NCBI GenBank assembly: GCA_008632985.1
Contig: QPGO01000135.1
Location: 186,001-239,181, forward strand
From: Psammoneis japonica
Lineage: Eukaryota
Direction of reading: 5' to 3'
Length of the DNA: 53,181 nt
Numbering within the stretch: the stretch's first letter is position 1; each line of letters starts with the position of its first letter. Under the pieces are notes generated by a model. That model was not told the DNA's origin. It ran no database searches and was given only the letters and a program-made list of their open reading frames with translations. This document shows positions 50,837-53,181 of the stretch, piece by piece. The translations under genes and the position numbers were made by a program.

Positions 50837-51054
50837 CATGCCACCAATCAGATGAGAACTTTTGTTGAGATGATGGGTCTCACCATGTGCCTCATGTGTG
50901 ATTCATTCCACACCCCAATTGAAGTGGTTCGGTGTGACATTGGGCATGCCACCAATCAGATGAGAACTTTTGTTGAGATGATGGGTCTCACCATGTGCCT
51001 TGTGTGTGATTCATTTTCCACACCCCAGTTGAAGTGGTTTGGAGTGACATTGGG
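50837..51054 (+). repeat. 108-bp tandem duplication
   Basis: catgccaccaatcagatgagaacttttgttgagatgatgggtctcaccatgtgcct... at 50837 and 50945. Confidence 0.9.
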
Positions 51055-52780
51055 GTCGTCTTGTGATGGGACAATGACTCTCTCTGGGTCTTCTCCTTCC
51101 TCTGGCTGACTGCTTTCTTCCCCTTGAGGTGGCATCAACCACCTTGCCATCTCCACCTGCATCAGAGTCCATTCTTGATTGTTGGGTGTGGAGTTTTCTT
51201 TGCTGGCTTTGTTGGCAGCCTTGTCTTTTTCTTGTTTGTCAGTTGCGCCAGGGGCATTGTTGATGAGTTGACAAATTTTCAGCTGAAGTGAACTAGATTC
51301 TGGGGAGGTTTGAAGTTTTCATAGTTTCTCATCTGAGTTCCTGTTGCTTGGGGTGCAAGTTGGGAGTCCTTCCTTGCCTGGCCTTCTTCCACTTAGAAAA
51401 TTCTTCACATTTGTCATCTGTCTGTTCTTGGCTGATGGACTCCTTGATTGCTGTCTTTCCATGTGTGGGCATCTTCTTCTCACATGTTTGTGAAAGTGGG
51501 CCTCATCACAGCCATTGTGCACATCATCATCCAATGACCATTGGCGACCATTGTCCATTGCATCTGTGGCCAATTGCCAACCGCATCTGTCCTCTCCACT
51601 TTTTGATCTCACCACAGCAGATTTGCTCACAATCTAGATGATCACTCGCTTTTCACATGCTCTCAACTTTTAAGCAGTGCTTCAACTTTCTCTGTCACAA
51701 ATGCGTGCATGTTGAGCATGGACCATGATGGATCCACCATCCAAGAAACCCAAGATCTCCCGGTCAGATGGGGGCCTGGTGAATCCTCTGTCCAAGACTT
51801 TCACCCCAAAAACATGCATTTCACACACTGATGGATGCAACTCCTTTGTGGCACACCCTGCCACATCTCCTGACATGGGTGACACCAAACACTGCTTGGC
51901 ATTTTAAATCAACAAGAGCACCACATCCAACTCATCTGGCCTCACCAACTCTGATTGCCTTGCAGTCATGGGCAAACTGTGCAATTCTGCCAGTCTTGTC
52001 AACATTTCAGAGGAGGAAAGGAAGCACACAGGGAAGCCAGCACTGCACAACCCTGCCACCTTGACTGTCATGTCACACCACAATGTCTCCAGCACCACAG
52101 TTGGCAACTGTGTCAATCTAGCCACCAGGATTGCCTGGCTTGTCCAAGATCAACCTGTGGCTGATTGTTGTCCAACCAAATGGGTTCATGCACATCAAGG
52201 TGAAAGGTGCTGCAAACCCACCAAGTCTTGACAACTCTGTCAAAGAAACCAATGTCATCTTCTTTGTGTGTTTGTCCATGAAGGATCAAGTGACAGTCAA
52301 CGCAGCTGGCAACAATGTCCACTTGTGCAGGTTTGAAGTCTAAAGCGCCCAGTGACTGTGCAACCCTTAAAGTGGAACCCTGTCAACAGCTCATCTAAAT
52401 AGATCAGGGATTGTCAAGCCCCTTGACTTGCAGAGCCTAAACTTTCAACAAGCTCATTGTGCATGCTAGCTGCAATTTCATTCTGAATGCAGCATTCAAA
52501 GCTGTTGCTCCCATTTTCCTTGATGATCCATGCAAAACCCTCAGCAATGCACATCAGACTGCCACCCACCCAGACAGTGCCATTGTGTTGTCAACAGTTG
52601 TCACCAAGCATCATGACAACTGTCACGTTGTTGTCGTGATGTTTCCCAATCATCCCTCAGCAGCACATGGGGCAAAGCAATCCTCATTTCCATGCTTTCA
52701 TGGAGAACCTCACGGAAGGATCAGATTGGTGATGGAATGGAGTCCAGTGGGTTTCACAGACATGGTGAGACCACATCATT

Positions 52781-53181
52781 TGACAGGATTTGAACAGGAT
52801 TTAGGTGCGCGCGAAGCATCGCGCGCTGTTTAGTTTACCGTGCACAGTTTTGTGTGCTTTAGTTCCGCGCGTTCACGCGCGATGTAGTTTGCTTTCGAGC
52901 CACAAGGCTCACAAGAATAATAACAGTAGCCCGATTATACCGACTTACACGTCTTTCGGCTCCTGTAACGGTCTCTGAGCGGAGACTCATCTGCTATTTA
53001 GACAGCAGTAAGGAGTTATTGTTTGAATTCTTGCCATTTGCCTTCAATTTCTGTCAGATTAACAGTCTTGCTCATTGTCAACCCATTGAGCAACCGCCAT
53101 CGTCGTCGTTGATTTACCAACGACGCTATTTCAATTCTACGTGGACCTCCGTATATATTCTACATACATCAGCAAGTCTAC
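52781..53181 (+). repeat. Start of a little-mutated long LTR related to the Copia C LTRs (runs off the window)
   Basis: TGACAGGATTTGAACAGG start; ~280 bp align with 28336-28600; retains TpA and CpG. Confidence 0.75.

Noticed and set aside
52940..53020. Hammerhead ribozyme or group I/II intron core in the LTR hairpins
   Set aside because: The antisense strand has CAGATGA rather than CTGATGA and no GAAA after stem II; intron-like matches are partial only.
1..53181. Alternative genetic code or classical RIP as the cause of Tyr loss
   Set aside because: Host genes use Tyr normally, non-coding repeats show the same change, and RIP would increase TpA.

Overview
Eukaryotic genomic DNA, most likely from a diatom (inferred from CoDi-like Copia elements, a Plavaka-type transposase and short GT-AG introns). 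About 90% of the window is nested, decayed transposable elements: a tyrosine-recombinase (DIRS/Ngaro-type) retroelement, three Copia families, a tRNA-box-bearing TRIM, TTAA-flanked MITEs, an RLE non-LTR fragment and Plavaka/CACTA-like DNA transposons. These surround a ~4.3 kb intact gene island (~32.4-36.75 kb) holding a 4-exon Kelch-BTB gene and a TLDc gene. The main signal is a repeat-restricted mutation pattern. Besides ordinary CpG->TpG/CpA decay, the TEs show pervasive TpA->TpG/CpA (A:T->G:C) transitions. These turn conserved Tyr into His/Cys, can be polarised with paralogous copies in the window, and spare the host genes. This is the opposite direction to fungal RIP and suggests an uncharacterised TE-targeted mutagenesis or DNA-modification process; a base-calling artefact still has to be excluded. 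Other points of interest are a 447-bp TRIM with internal Pol III A/B boxes where a PBS would be, a conserved multi-hairpin block at the start of long Copia LTRs, and two MITEs with a shared core but different TIRs.
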